A stretch of DNA of 62,956 nt, counting the filler, from Octopus bimaculoides (Eukaryota), in the NCBI RefSeq assembly GCF_001194135.2. It is 7 parts of 6 records of this genome, joined end to end, with 100 filler letters (N's around TTAATTAATTAA, not from the genome) between each part and the next. Parts side by side here need not be neighbours in the genome. Positions count along the whole stretch, not along the records: positions 27,121 to 43,514 come from NC_069002.1; positions 43,615 to 53,579 come from NC_068988.1; 5 more parts are not named here. One strand, 5' to 3'. The first letter of the stretch is position 1. Each line of letters opens with the position of its first letter. Position numbers and translations under genes: made by a program. This document shows positions 37,527-50,129 of this stretch, piece after piece. The notes under the pieces were generated by a model. It saw nothing but the letters and a program-made list of their open reading frames with translations, did not search any database and was not told the DNA's origin.

Positions 37527-37925
37527 AGCACTTTGCTCTCATGTGTCTATTCCCTGCTGAGGTTACCGTGGTCTTTTCCGTAGGCTTTTCTCTCCATGGA
37601 TAAACCTAATGTTACCCCATTTTACGCTATTGACATTTTCTGTGATATACGATACCCCCTTTTTTTTTGGCCCCTACCGATCCCTTTTGAACGGATTTTT
37701 AAATTTTTATTTTACCTTTTTTATCTTTAAAGAAAAGCTCTACAGTTGTATTTGTCCCCTCTGTGTGCAGTCCTGTGTGGCTAATAAAAGAAAGATATCT
37801 ATCTATCTATCTATCTATAAAGAATGTGTATGGTGGACGCGTCTGAAAGGTCTAGAGACAAAGACTTTCCTCTCTGGGCAATCTCTCATCAACTTCTTCA
37901 AGTATCACCTGAAGAGGAAGGTGAG
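37527..37925 (+). mobile_element. Tx1/L1 3' UTR with AATAAA and (ATCT)n, followed by a second 5'-truncated ORF2 end
   Basis: T-rich UTR, AATAAA at 37783-37788, (ATCT)n, then KECVWWTRLKGLETKTFLSGQSLINFFKYHLKRKVR from 37819. Confidence 0.7.
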
Positions 37926-38324
37926 ANNNNNNNNNNNNNNNNNNNNNNNNNNNNNNNNNNNNNNNNNNNNNNNNNNNNNNNNNNNNNNNNNNNNNNNNNN
38001 NNNNNNNNNNNNNNNNNNNNNNNNNNNNNNNNNNNNNNNNNNNNNNNNNNNNNNNNNNNNNNNNNNNNNNNNNNNNNNNNNNNNNNNNNNNNNNNNNNNN
38101 NNNNNNNNNNNNNNNNNNNNNNNNNNNNNNNNNNNNNNNNNNNNNNNNNNNNNNNNNNNNNNNNNNNNNNNNNNNNNNNNNNNNNNNNNNNNNNNNNNNN
38201 NNNNNNNNNNNNNNNNNNNNNNNNNNNNNNNNNNNNNNNNNNNNNNNNNNNNNNNNNNNNNNNNNNNNNNNNNNNNNNNNNNNNNNNNNNNNNNNNNNNN
38301 NNNNNNNNNNNNNNNNNNNNNNNN

Positions 38325-38373
<49 letters not shown>

Positions 38374-38470
38374 GTCTGTTTGTCTGTCTGTGTATCTACC
38401 TATCTATCTATATATTTATCTATGTATCTCTCTCTATTTGTCTTGCAATCTATCTGCCTCTCTCTCTCAC

Positions 38471-38512
<42 letters not shown>

Positions 38513-39213
38513 AGCAGATGCAAATATATGTTGGTCTACCAACTCATCGTGCTAACCTGTATATATTTGAGCATTAAACACACACACACACACACTCAAT
38601 CAAACACACACAAAACACACACATATATACCTATCTTGTACCTAACAATTCAGCTATCGGAGCCGGGTCACCACCAAATTTCGCGCCTCCACCCTACCTC
38701 CCTCCAAAAGATTAGCACGAACGAAAATCCTAATTTTAGATGTCCAGTTGATAAAAATTTATAACGACCGCAACATCAACATCTACATGAAAACCAGTGC
38801 CATATAAATAATAACGATAACCACCACCACAACAACAACAATAACAGTGGAAGCAAAGAAATTGCAAATAACCGAAAATGAGGGAAATAAAATTGTTTGT
38901 AGGGAGATCCGTGTGGATTGAAGGTTTTATAATGAAAAATCTATAACAGAGAATGCGAGACAAAATGTCGGTGAGATTTCACGATATCAAAGCGGTGATC
39001 TCTTATCAGAATGGCGCGAGCGATATATACATATACATACACATAAATACGTACATATATATATATATATATATATGTATGTATATAATATATGTGTGTA
39101 CAATAAATATTTCCTTAACGAAAATACCAAACGTTAGCTTTCTTTCTACTGCTACTTGCATGATTTATATCGGCTCATGAGGATCCAGTTTAATATCTGC
39201 CCGGTGTGGAGAC

Positions 39214-39256
<43 letters not shown>

Positions 39257-39266
39257 NNNNNNNNNN

Positions 39267-39317
<51 letters not shown>

Positions 39318-39458
39318 CTGTGTATGTGTGTATGTGTGTGTATGTATGTGCACGTCTGCGTGTATGTATGTGTGTGTGCATGTGTGTGTCAGTGTGTGTA
39401 TGCATTAATGAAAATGCGGAAATATATTATATGTAATATATAAACGATAGATATATGA

Positions 39459-39489
<31 letters not shown>

Positions 39490-40356
39490 TATGCATGTGT
39501 GTGTGTGTGTGTGTATGTGTGTGTGCTTGTGTGTGCATATGTATGTATATATTAAATATGTGTGTGCATATGTACATATACATAATATATATATGTATAT
39601 ATATATATAATTATAATCCTTATAGATATATATAAACCGGAAATGAGCTTCAGTATCGTTGACAAAGTCCAATGCTCACCCGTACGTCACCTAGGTCTCT
39701 ACTTTGTGTTGAGGACTCATGACAAGTAAATATTAGAGCATCTATAAAACCATACATTCTTATATTCATACGCATACACACACACACCACGCGTGCGCAT
39801 ACATAGATGTAAATATTTAAATACATGAGGGGTGAGTAGCTAGCACAGTTAATTCGATTCCAATTCCAAAAGAATCAAAAACCTTTTGAATAATTTGGCA
39901 TCTGTAAACCTTCTTAAGAACAAACACAAGAATTACAACCCTACACCACCCCCATTCACACACACTCTCACGCACACACATGCACATACACATACATACT
40001 TGCCCCTTTGCATATACATCCACAATATTTACAAACATATAAACAATATGTTGAACATTCTGTTTTACATATGTTCTACGTTTTAGCATTTTCCAATTTG
40101 ACATTATCGTGCATCCATATAATTGGCGAAGAAGTCGCGTAAACTGTTCATAATTGCCCAGTGTTTGTTGCTAAATTAGCCGTACACGAGAAACTTATAT
40201 GCTTGATTCAAGCCCATGCTGTGTTGTTCAGATATATAAGGCATCAGTATGGGAGGCTCTGCGTGCCAGACAATCACTCCTGCTGAGATACTGCGAGTAT
40301 GTATGTGATTGTGTGTTTGTGTGTGCATGTGTACATTTGTTTTTGCATTTGAGCTA

Positions 40357-40431
<75 letters not shown>

Positions 40432-40581
40432 CATCTATCTAGGTAGCTAGCTAGCTATCAACTTAGCGAGTTATCTGTACAAATTTATCCCAAAACTCGT
40501 GTTATCACTTTTTATTTAGACGGCGTAGTGACCTTGAACAATTCATGGATATATGCATATGGGTGTGTTTGTGTGTGTGTA

Positions 40582-40623
<42 letters not shown>

Positions 40624-41351
40624 NNNNNNNNNNNNNNNNNNNNNNNNNNNNNNNNNNNNNNNNNNNNNNNNNNNNNNNNNNNNNNNNNNNNNNNNNNNNN
40701 NNNNNNNNNNNNNNNNNNNNNNNNNNNNNNNNNNNNNNNNNNNNNNNNNNNNNNNNNNNNNNNNNNNNNNNNNNNNNNNNNNNNNNNNNNNNNNNNNNNN
40801 NNNNNNNNNNNNNNNNNNNNNNNNNNNNNNNNNNNNNNNNNNNNNNNNNNNNNNNNNNNNNNNNNNNNNNNNNNNNNNNNNNNNNNNNNNNNNNNNNNNN
40901 NNNNNNNNNNNNNNNNNNNNNNNNNNNNNNNNNNNNNNNNNNNNNNNNNNNNNNNNNNNNNNNNNNNNNNNNNNNNNNNNNNNNNNNNNNNNNNNNNNNN
41001 NNNNNNNNNNNNNNNNNNNNNNNNNNNNNNNNNNNNNNNNNNNNNNNNNNNNNNNNNNNNNNNNNNNNNNNNNNNNNNNNNNNNNNNNNNNNNNNNNNNN
41101 NNNNNNNNNNNNNNNNNNNNNNNNNNNNNNNNNNNNNNNNNNNNNNNNNNNNNNNNNNNNNNNNNNNNNNNNNNNNNNNNNNNNNNNNNNNNNNNNNNNN
41201 NNNNNNNNNNNNNNNNNNNNNNNNNNNNNNNNNNNNNNNNNNNNNNNNNNNNNNNNNNNNNNNNNNNNNNNNNNNNNNNNNNNNNNNNNNNNNNNNNNNN
41301 NNNNNNNNNNNNNNNNNNNNNNNNNNNNNNNNNNNNNNNNNNNNNNNNNNN

Positions 41352-41465
<114 letters not shown>

Positions 41466-41912
41466 GTGATAACAAGAAGATAATAATGGATACAAGTCAC
41501 ACGACTTATTTTTTTTTTTCGTGATGAAATAATCGCGATTCTTGTCTTCTGTGAAGAATTTTCGCTGCCGAAACCCAAGAATTTCTTCGAGCGATAACAG
41601 TGTTGTTTGACGGAAATATCTGTGGTAAGCCCCCGAATAACTGGCTTCGGTACTGAGGTTACTCGTCTTCTTGAAAAGGATACACCATCCCATCCTTTTA
41701 ACTTGTCATCGCTTCGATGTTAACGTGGGATTAATTATGACAACTTAGCTGTTTATAGAATGATAGGACTTTCAATACTGGGGTGAAATTTATCGTGATG
41801 TGATAAATGGAACTCGCCTCAAATACTATAATTGTAGATGTTTAACATCACCACATCACATCACACGATACTATATCGTGCTACAATATACAACAATATA
41901 CAAGGCAAGCGA

Positions 41913-42125
41913 AGGCAGTGAAGGCGAACATTATTAGCATGCCGGGCGAAAGGCTTAGCGGTATTTCGTCTGTCTTTACGTTCCGAGTTCAAATTCTGCC
42001 GAGGTCGACTTTGCCTTTCATCCTTTCGGGGTCGAAACATTAAGTATCAGTTGCGTACTGGGGTCGATCTAATCGACTGGCCCCCTCTCCAGAAATTTCA
42101 GGCCTTTTCCCCTAGAGTAGAAAAG
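41913..42125 (+). mobile_element. SINE family A copy
   Basis: Family A core and tail. Confidence 0.8.
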
Positions 42126-42325
42126 AAAAGAATACTACAATATACACCCTGTACCACATCAGATCTTCCTGCGATATATTGTCCCAAACAACACTACACT
42201 GAGAGGCACTATATATAGACACTTTCCCGAAGTGCCACGCATTGAGACTGAACTCGGAACCATATGATTGGGAAGCAAGCTTCTTACGACACAACTACTC
42301 CTGTGCCCATCTACATATATACACA

Positions 42326-42357
<32 letters not shown>

Positions 42358-42929
42358 NNNNNNNNNNNNNNNNNNNNNNNNNNNNNNNNNNNNNNNNNNN
42401 NNNNNNNNNNNNNNNNNNNNNNNNNNNNNNNNNNNNNNNNNNNNNNNNNNNNNNNNNNNNNNNNNNNNNNNNNNNNNNNNNNNNNNNNNNNNNNNNNNNN
42501 NNNNNNNNNNNNNNNNNNNNNNNNNNNNNNNNNNNNNNNNNNNNNNNNNNNNNNNNNNNNNNNNNNNNNNNNNNNNNNNNNNNNNNNNNNNNNNNNNNNN
42601 NNNNNNNNNNNNNNNNNNNNNNNNNNNNNNNNNNNNNNNNNNNNNNNNNNNNNNNNNNNNNNNNNNNNNNNNNNNNNNNNNNNNNNNNNNNNNNNNNNNA
42701 TATATAATTATTATTTTTATTTTTATTATTCTCATATGTTTCAATATATAACTCAAACTAACTAGTAATGGCAAAAAGAAGTCAATAAAAAAGGGACGAG
42801 ACGGGGCAGGGATCAGGGGAGGAGAGAAGAATAACGGGGAGGATTGTTGTAAGGCCTTTAATCTCTTCATCAGAACACTCAACAGGAACGAAGAAATCGC
42901 AACGACGCTGTTGGAATTCCTTGTTCCAG

Positions 42930-43019
42930 TTTGAAAACCATGTTTGCCGTCTTTCCGACTCTTGTATGATTGAAGAAAAGATGCGGAAGAGAATGGGTGG
43001 GAAAGATAGGGAGCCGAGA
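42930..43019 (+). CDS. Candidate upstream MAP3K1 exon (FENHVCRLSDSCMIEEKMRKRMGGKDREPR)
   Basis: ttccttgttccag| acceptor, AGA|gtaagg donor; 90 nt, phase 0/0, open frame, CpG-rich context. MIEEKMR resembles MEKK1 MIREKLK only weakly. Confidence 0.3.
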
Positions 43020-43436
43020 GTAAGGGAGGGGAGGGATGACGGAGGAAGAAAGAGAGAGGGAAAGCGAGAGTGAGTGAGAGAGAGAGAGACATATATACGT
43101 AGCGAAGCGATAAGCGTTTTAAACACGTTTGTCCTGTCTCTCTCTTTCTCTGTTGTGCGTGTATCTATGTGTGGATACCACCCCACATATATATGACTCT
43201 GGGTGGATATATTATCCGGGCAGATACCGTTATTGGCTCTCAGTTATGTTGCACATTTATATATATAGATATATATGACAAGATCCTTTCAGGTTCCGTC
43301 TACCAAATCTACTCACAAGGCTTTGGTCGTCCTGAGGTTACAGTAGAAGACACTTGCCTAAGGTGCCAGGCAGTGGGACTGAACACGGCGTCATGTGGTT
43401 GGTAAGCAAGCTACTTACCACATAACCACTCCTGTG

Positions 43437-43514
<78 letters not shown>

Positions 43515-43625
43515 NNNNNNNNNNNNNNNNNNNNNNNNNNNNNNNNNNNNNNNNNNNNTTAATTAATTAANNNNNNNNNNNNNNNNNNNNNNNNNNNNNN
43601 NNNNNNNNNNNNNNTATATATATAT

Positions 43626-43925
43626 CATCATCATCGTTTAATGTCCGCTTTCCATGCTAGCATGGGTTGGACGATTCGACTGAGGACTAGTGAAACCAGA
43701 TGGCGACACCAGGCTCCAGTCTGATTTGGCAGTGTTTCTACAGCTGGATTAGCCGGATGCCCTTCCTAACGCCAACCACTCAGAGAGTGTAGTGGGTGCT
43801 TTTACGTGTCACCCGCACAAAGGCCAGTCAGGCGGTACTGGCAACAGCCACGCTCATCTCGCTCGAGAAACCTCATGTGTCACCCGCACAAGAGCCAGCC
43901 CAGGGGCACCAGCAACGATCCCGCT
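43626..43925 (-). mobile_element. RTE-type 3' end repeat copy
   Basis: Reverse complement of the family, with repeated internal unit. Confidence 0.8.
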
Positions 43926-44585
43926 CATATATATATATATATATATATATTTTAATGGCTCTTTGTTTAATCAGCTCTCACTTGTTTCCAAACAGTGTGT
44001 TTGTTCCTCATGGTCAGACATGTTTTCATGGAAGATTGGAAATTAATAACACTGTATGTTGGTGCCACTTGCTAATAAGTATCACGATGTCAAGACAAGA
44101 AGGCATGCATGCACACACATGCGTACACTCACATACACACAAACACACCGGGCTTTTTCAGTCTCTATCTGCTAAATTTACTCACAAGGCTTTTTGTCAA
44201 CCAGGTGCATGAAAAGAAAATTCTTACTCCATGTGCCATGCAAAACAAACTGAACTTGAAATTACATGGTTGAGAAGCAAATTTCTTAACCACACATCTA
44301 TGCATGAATTTTAAAATGAAAGCTCCATCATTTTTCTCAGTACATATGTATCCTCATAGATTTTTATTCACTGTCAATTCACCTCTGTTATTACAATGTT
44401 GTCTATCTCTGATATAAAGATTTTCAATGAGGCAGACTGCTGCAAACAGTTATTTACTTTAACTCATTTGTGAAGTGGTTTATTCAATGGAAGCTTAACT
44501 AGTGTTTGAAAGGAGGAAATTTGAAGTGATGACCAGGTATGGATACTTGTTCTTTAATTTCATCTCTGTTAACTTATCATTTCAG

Positions 44586-44801
44586 TTTCGAACACAACAG
44601 ACGTCTGGTGTATATGCCTATCGCCGTCTCCTTTCGCAGAACATCTCTGCATATCTGACTAGTAACAGTGAGCTGACACGGAAGAGAATCGAAAAAGTAC
44701 AACGAGCTCGACTTTATCTCCTGCAACTTACAGGTCCCAATTCCTTTCTGATTGGTGGAGATTCACCTATACACAAGTTTAAAGTTATCATTGGACCACA
44801 G
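44586..44801 (+). CDS. MAP3K1: MAP3K1/MEKK1 homologue, coding exon entering the SWIM domain (FRTQQ...[33 protein letters not shown])
   Basis: ttcag| acceptor and CAG|gtatga donor; 216 nt, phase 0/0. Translation closely matches vertebrate MEKK1 [33 protein letters not shown] as I recall it. Confidence 0.93.
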
Positions 44802-45594
44802 GTATGAGTATGTGTCAATGCATGTGTGTCCCTGTAAATATGTGTGTGTATATATGTGTGTATATATATGTGTGTGTGTGTGTGTGTGAGTGTATGAATG
44901 TATGTGTATAACTGCCGTTTAGTAAACAAAATTATTTCATAATACTTAAAAGTTTTGTGGAATTGACATTAAAATTGACTAAACTTATCAATGAGACTAA
45001 AATAATCTCTTTTGTTAAACACGAGGAGATAGTTCTACTTTAATGTTAATTAGCAAGAAGTTTGGTATATGGTGGCAAGTTGAGACAAGCTCAGATTTTG
45101 TGTTTGACATTAGTGTGAGGTGGCTGATAATGTGTAACTTCTCTGTAAACAATGGGTGAAAAACTTATCTTCATGCCTTGAGGTTTATGCTGTGTGTATC
45201 CTTTGCTTTCCAAACATTTGTATTATGCTTTCAAGGTAGCATTGATACCAAAGAGCTGTTTTGGTACTGATGGTTTCTGAATGTGTTCTCTGCCAGTGCT
45301 ATTTAGCAGATAGAGGTGTTATCAAGGAACATGCTGTGGTATATATTATTTCTATATAAATATTTGCCTTTTAGTTGGACAGGCCTCTATACCACAGCAA
45401 TTGCATGCTGGCTGTTGTTGTTATGGCCATAAAATACCTCTTTGGTGGTTCTTTATGAAGCTACATGTGTTTCTCAAACAACAAAAGATTACCTCTATGT
45501 TGTTCAACAAGATCATCCCAGTTTTTTTATAAGGATTTATTCAGTTTATGACTATAAATATATATAGCTTTGTTTGAAAATACAAAATGTTAAT

Positions 45595-46030
45595 ATGAAC
45601 GAGCATGACTGTGTGGTTAAGGAGTTTGTTTCCAAACCATGTGGTTTTGAGTTGAATCCCACTGCCTGGTACCTTGGGCAAGAAGTAAATGTCATCTACT
45701 ATAGCCCCAGTTTGACAAAAGCCTTGTGAGTTAATTTGGTTGACAGACACTGGAAGAAGCCTATTGTGCAAATGTGTTCATGTCCCCTTGTCTTGATATA
45801 TATATATCAAATGATGGCTGTTGACAAACATTACTGTCATACAAGTAATGTGCTTTGTTTGCAATCTTCTGTGGAAACATGTCTGGCCTATTATGCTGTT
45901 CATACACAAAAGATGAAGAGAAAGATTACTTTGTTTGGAAACAGAAAGGGCATCAGGCTGTAGAAAAATCTGCCTCTGCGAATTTCGTCTGATTCATGCA
46001 AGAAAGGAGAAGTGCATATTAAAATGATGG
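45595..46030 (+). mobile_element. Composite SINE: family B head plus RTE-type tail
   Basis: B head, middle segment, then agggcatcaggctgtagaaaaatctgcc...ttaaaatgatg. A similar composite lies at ~53120-53535. Confidence 0.65.
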
Positions 46031-46114
46031 TGATGTTGGTAGTAGTGGTGGTGTTGATCATGATGATAGTGTTGCTAATGATATCTGACTGTTGTTGATG
46101 TTGTTTCATTGCAG

Positions 46115-46231
46115 ACATGCAGTTGTGGTCGCAGCCCTCATTGTGTCCATGTTCTTTTTGTCATGTTACGTGTGTTTAAAGTGAAAGAGACCGATCCATG
46201 TTTATGGAGCCAGACATTGAAAAATTATGAA
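46115..46231 (+). CDS. MAP3K1: MAP3K1/MEKK1 homologue, SWIM zinc-finger core exon ([39 protein letters not shown])
   Basis: ctgac branch-like site, ttcattgcag| acceptor, GAA|gtaagt donor; 117 nt, phase 0/0. CxCx(n)CxH SWIM motif; matches MEKK1 [39 protein letters not shown]. Too short for the ORF track. Confidence 0.93.
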
Positions 46232-46399
46232 GTAAGTCCTTCTACATTTTCTTACATGCTTTATGGCCTTTGATGACTGTCCTACTTATATGGGACATAA
46301 ACCTGTTTCTCTTTTGTTCATCCATACTTTTCATAAACTACTTGTAATATACAACTGTTTGTCCTGTGACTTTGTTATATCTTCATTCATTACCCTCAC

Positions 46400-46538
46400 A
46401 GCAAGGTAGGCCTTTCGTCCTTTCAAGGTCGATGAAATAATGGCCATTAGACCTCAGTGTTTGATGTAATCGAGTAGCTCGATTTTTAGGCCCAAATTTT
46501 AGGCCTTGTGTCCAAGGTAGAAAGGATTATTATTATCA

Positions 46539-46569
<31 letters not shown>

Positions 46570-46800
46570 TATTATTATTATCATTAAGGTGGTGAGCTGG
46601 CAGAATCGTTAGCATGCCAGGCAAAATTCCTTAACGGCATTTTGTCCATCCTTACGTTGAGTTCAAATTCTGCTGAGGTTGACTTTGCCTTTCATCCTTT
46701 CAGGGTCGATAAATTAAGTACCATTCAAATACTGGGGTCGATGTAAGTGGTTAGTCCCCTCCCTCCAAAATGTTAGGCCTTGTGCCTTTAGTAGAAAAGA
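46400..46800 (+). mobile_element. SINE family A copies (partial ~46400-46530, full ~46586-46800) separated by (ATT)n
   Basis: Family A motifs. Confidence 0.75.
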
Positions 46801-47107
46801 TTATCATTATTATTATTATGAAGGTACGATGGCTTAGTGGTTAGGGTGTTGCACTAATGATTGCGAGATCAAGGTTTTGATTCTCAGATCAGGCATTGCA
46901 TTGTGTTCTTGAGCATCATCTCGCATTACTCTATGATCATTTTGTCATCTGACATATGGCACATCATACACCTGTACAGGTAATGTTGATTTGATGGAGA
47001 GAGTGAGCTTAGGTGAACACAAACATTTATAAGTAAATCATCTGTGTGGTTGTTCAGCGAGAAATTGCAGAACCCTTATACATTGTCTAACTATGGGAGA
47101 GTCCTTG

Positions 47108-47139
<32 letters not shown>

Positions 47140-47250
47140 GATGATGATGATGGTCGTCGTTTTCATCATTATCATCATCGTCATCATCATCATCATTATT
47201 ATCATTATTATTATTATCATTATCATTATTGTTATTATTATTATTATTTT

Positions 47251-47465
47251 TAAGGTGGTGAGCTGGCTCAATCGTTAGCACCCCTGGCAGAATGCTTAGT
47301 GGTATTTCGTCTGCCACTACGTTCTGAGTTCAAATTCTGCAGAGCTCGACTTTACCTTTCATCCTTTTGGGGTCGATGAATTAAGTACCAGTGAAATACT
47401 GGGGGTCGGTGTAATCAACCTATCCCCTCCCACAAAATGGCTGCCAGTGTGGAAAAATTTGAAAC
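47251..47465 (+). mobile_element. SINE family A copy
   Basis: Family A motifs, between (ATT)n tracts. Confidence 0.8.
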
Positions 47466-47502
<37 letters not shown>

Positions 47503-47505
<3 letters not shown>

Positions 47506-48157
47506 TAGTTTTATTTTTATAGCGTGCTTTCACTTCACTACCGAGCGCAGCTCTGTGCGCCTTGGGTATGTGCTGTGGTTTGCTGTGGTGCTCTTATGTT
47601 TACTGTATTGAAAGTGTTTTGCGTAGAATGTGTGCAGTACCCAGTAGTGCAATTTTCTGTATGTTATATATATTTGTAAGTCCTGGTGTTTTTGTTATGT
47701 ATTTGTCTGAATATTTTTTTATTATACCTAAGGCACCTACTATGATAGGAATTGTTTCTGTTTTTAGATTCCACATTCGAGTTATCTCTATTTCCAGGTC
47801 TTTGTATTTTGAAAGTTTTTTCCATTTCTTTTAGAGAAACGTTGTCATCTGCTGGTATTGAAACATCAATTAGAAGGCATTTTTTTCCTTCATGATCTTT
47901 GACAACTATATCTGGTCTATTTGCCTTAATTTCTCTATCTGTGTGTATTGGCATATCCCAGAGTATGGTTGCTTTCTCGTTTTCTGTGACCTTTTCTGGC
48001 GTGTGTTTATACCATCTTTTTTCTGTTGTTATTCCATAGTGTTGGCATAGCTTCCAGTGTATATAGGTCCCAGCTCTGTCATGTCTGTGAATATATTCCT
48101 TCTTAGCCAGGACTGGGCAGCCAGAGATAATATGATTTATTGTTTCTTGTCGATCTC
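47503..48157 (-). mobile_element. 5'-truncated R4/Dong-clade non-LTR element (CCHC end plus restriction-like endonuclease)
   Basis: DRQETINHIISGCPVLAKKEYIHRHD...ILWDMPIHTDREIKANRPDIVV...LLIDVSIP..., one frameshift near 47820, stop at 47600-47602; (TAA)n on both sides. Confidence 0.9.
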
Positions 48158-48189
48158 TATTATTATCATTATTATTATTACTATTATTA

Positions 48190-48486
48190 TTATTGCCAGT
48201 GCTAGATTGTTGCCAGTACCACTAGACTGGCTCCTGTGCAGGTGGCATCTAAAATACACCATTTCGAGCGTGGCCGTTGCCAGTACTGCCTGACTAGCCT
48301 TCACGCCGGTGGCACATAAAAGCACCCACTACACTCTCGGAGTGGTTGGCATTAGGAAGGGCATCCAGCTGTAGAAACTCTGCCAAATCAGATTGGAGCC
48401 TGGTGCAGCCATCTGGTTTCACCAGTCCTCAGTCAAATCGTCCAACCCATGCTAGCATGGAAAGCGTGCGTTAAACGATGATGATG
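48190..48486 (+). mobile_element. RTE-type 3' end repeat copy
   Basis: Same family, with (GAT)n tail. Confidence 0.8.
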
Positions 48487-48791
48487 GTTATCATGGTCAT
48501 CATCATGTAAAGCCATTGCAAGTTACATTAGCTAGAAGTGCTGTTGTCTTCAGTTTTGGTAATGACAGATTTCAAATCTCAAGAATTTTTCTTAGGATTT
48601 TTGCAGTATACAGGGTGGCACTTTTCTGCTGGTTGACTGTATGTATCTCAGTTCTAATATCCTTCATCGTCTTAGGTAGTATTTTGGGTGTTGCAGCACA
48701 TAACCAGAGTAACGATTGCACAAATGTTGCTTAGAATATTCTTTGACCAGCCAATATTTTGTAAGTGAATTTGGCTGATGGAAACTAAGTC

Positions 48792-49395
48792 AAGGCGGCG
48801 AGCTGGCAGAAACGTTAGCACGCCGGGTGAAATGCTTACCGGTATTTCGTCTGCCATTACGTTCTGAGTGGAGGCGCAATGGCCCAATGGTTAGGGCAGT
48901 GGACTTGCAGTCGTAGGATCGCGGTTTCGATTTCCAGACTGGACGTTGTGAGTGTTTATTGAGCGAAAACACCTAAAGCTCCACGAGGCTCTGGCAGGGG
49001 ATGTTGGCGAACCCTGCTGTACTCTTCCACCACAACTTTCTCTCACTCTTACTTCCTGTTTCTGTTGTGCCTGTAATTCAAAGGGTCAGCCTTGTCACAC
49101 TGTGTCACGCTGAATATCCCCGAGAACTACGTTAAGGGTACACGTGTCTGTGGAGTGCTCAGCCACTTGCACGTTAATTTCACGATCAGGCTGTTCTGTT
49201 GATCGGATCAACTGGAACCCTCGTCGTCGTAAATGACGGAGTGCCAACCACGTTCTGAGTTCAAATTCCGCCGAGGTCGACTTTGCCTTTCATCCTTTTT
49301 GGGTCAATAAATTAAGTACCAGTTGACTTAATCCCTTTGTCTGTCCTTGTTTGTCCCCTCTATGTTTAGCCCCTTGTGGGTAATAAAGAAATAAG
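48792..49395 (+). mobile_element. SINE family A copy split by the nested insertion
   Basis: Head at 48792-48869 resumes at 49250 with gagttcaaattccgccgaggtcgactttgcc. Confidence 0.88.
48870..49249 (+). mobile_element. SINE family E nested in a family A SINE
   Basis: 11-bp TSD ACGTTCTGAGT at 48859-48869 and 49250-49260. Confidence 0.92.
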
Positions 49396-49623
49396 AAACT
49401 AAGTGAAAGCTCTTTGTGTTGTGTGTGTGTGTGTGTGTGTGTGTATTGTTAGGTCATTTGTGACTAAACTACCAACCCTATCAAGCCTACATGGAAATGA
49501 GGGTGATTTTTGTTAGACACCCTACAGAACAATAAACAAAACCCATCAAATGGTGGATTTGAACTCAGTAGAGTCAATGGCCATCCATCAGCTGGGAATG
49601 AGAGAATCCTAGTCTTTGTTTAA

Positions 49624-49830
49624 CCCTTTAGCAGTTAAACCAGTCAAGTCCCACCAAAATATGTTCAAACTGGCCAGATCTGGTTTCATATCCTATCCTA
49701 CAATGTCATTCTAAAAATAACCAATCACATTGTCAAAATCTCAAAGCATGATTATATAATGCATGATTACTTCAAAACAATGTGAATAAATAAGCATTAC
49801 ATTTGACAGAGTAATCTGAATGCTAAAGGG
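49624..49830. mobile_element. piggyBac-type MITE
   Basis: TTAA TSD on both sides; 10-bp TIR CCCTTTAGCA / TGCTAAAGGG. Confidence 0.85.
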
Positions 49831-50129
49831 TTAAATATCTGTCTTGGAGAAGGAAAACATCTAATGGAGTAGGTTAGTTCTTTTTTGGGTAGATGCATAC
49901 GTTTTGTAAGGAGAGGTAATGATTCTTTACAAGGTCTTTCTTCACTTTAGAAAGCTTCAGGCGCAGGTATAATTTGATTTTTAACATCTCCAATAACATC
50001 TCTGTTGTATATTACATACTATGGATAGCTGTAACCAAGAAAGACAAAGCATTCAATGGAAATTCCATGATGGAATGAATATGTATGTTAGTATAGGTGG
50101 TGAGCCCTCTTAACACCTGCTGCAGATGC

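Noticed and set aside
42789-42929. EERRITGRIVVRPL resemblance to MEKK1 ERRNRRGPVVVKPI
   Set aside because: In-frame stop just upstream, with no ATG or credible acceptor before it; treated as chance.
44586-46231. ZSWIM2 as the identity of the SWIM gene
   Set aside because: The [12 protein letters not shown] and LFVMLRVF motifs are MEKK1-type; ZSWIM2 as I recall it has GPTGFLL and WVLLKKF.
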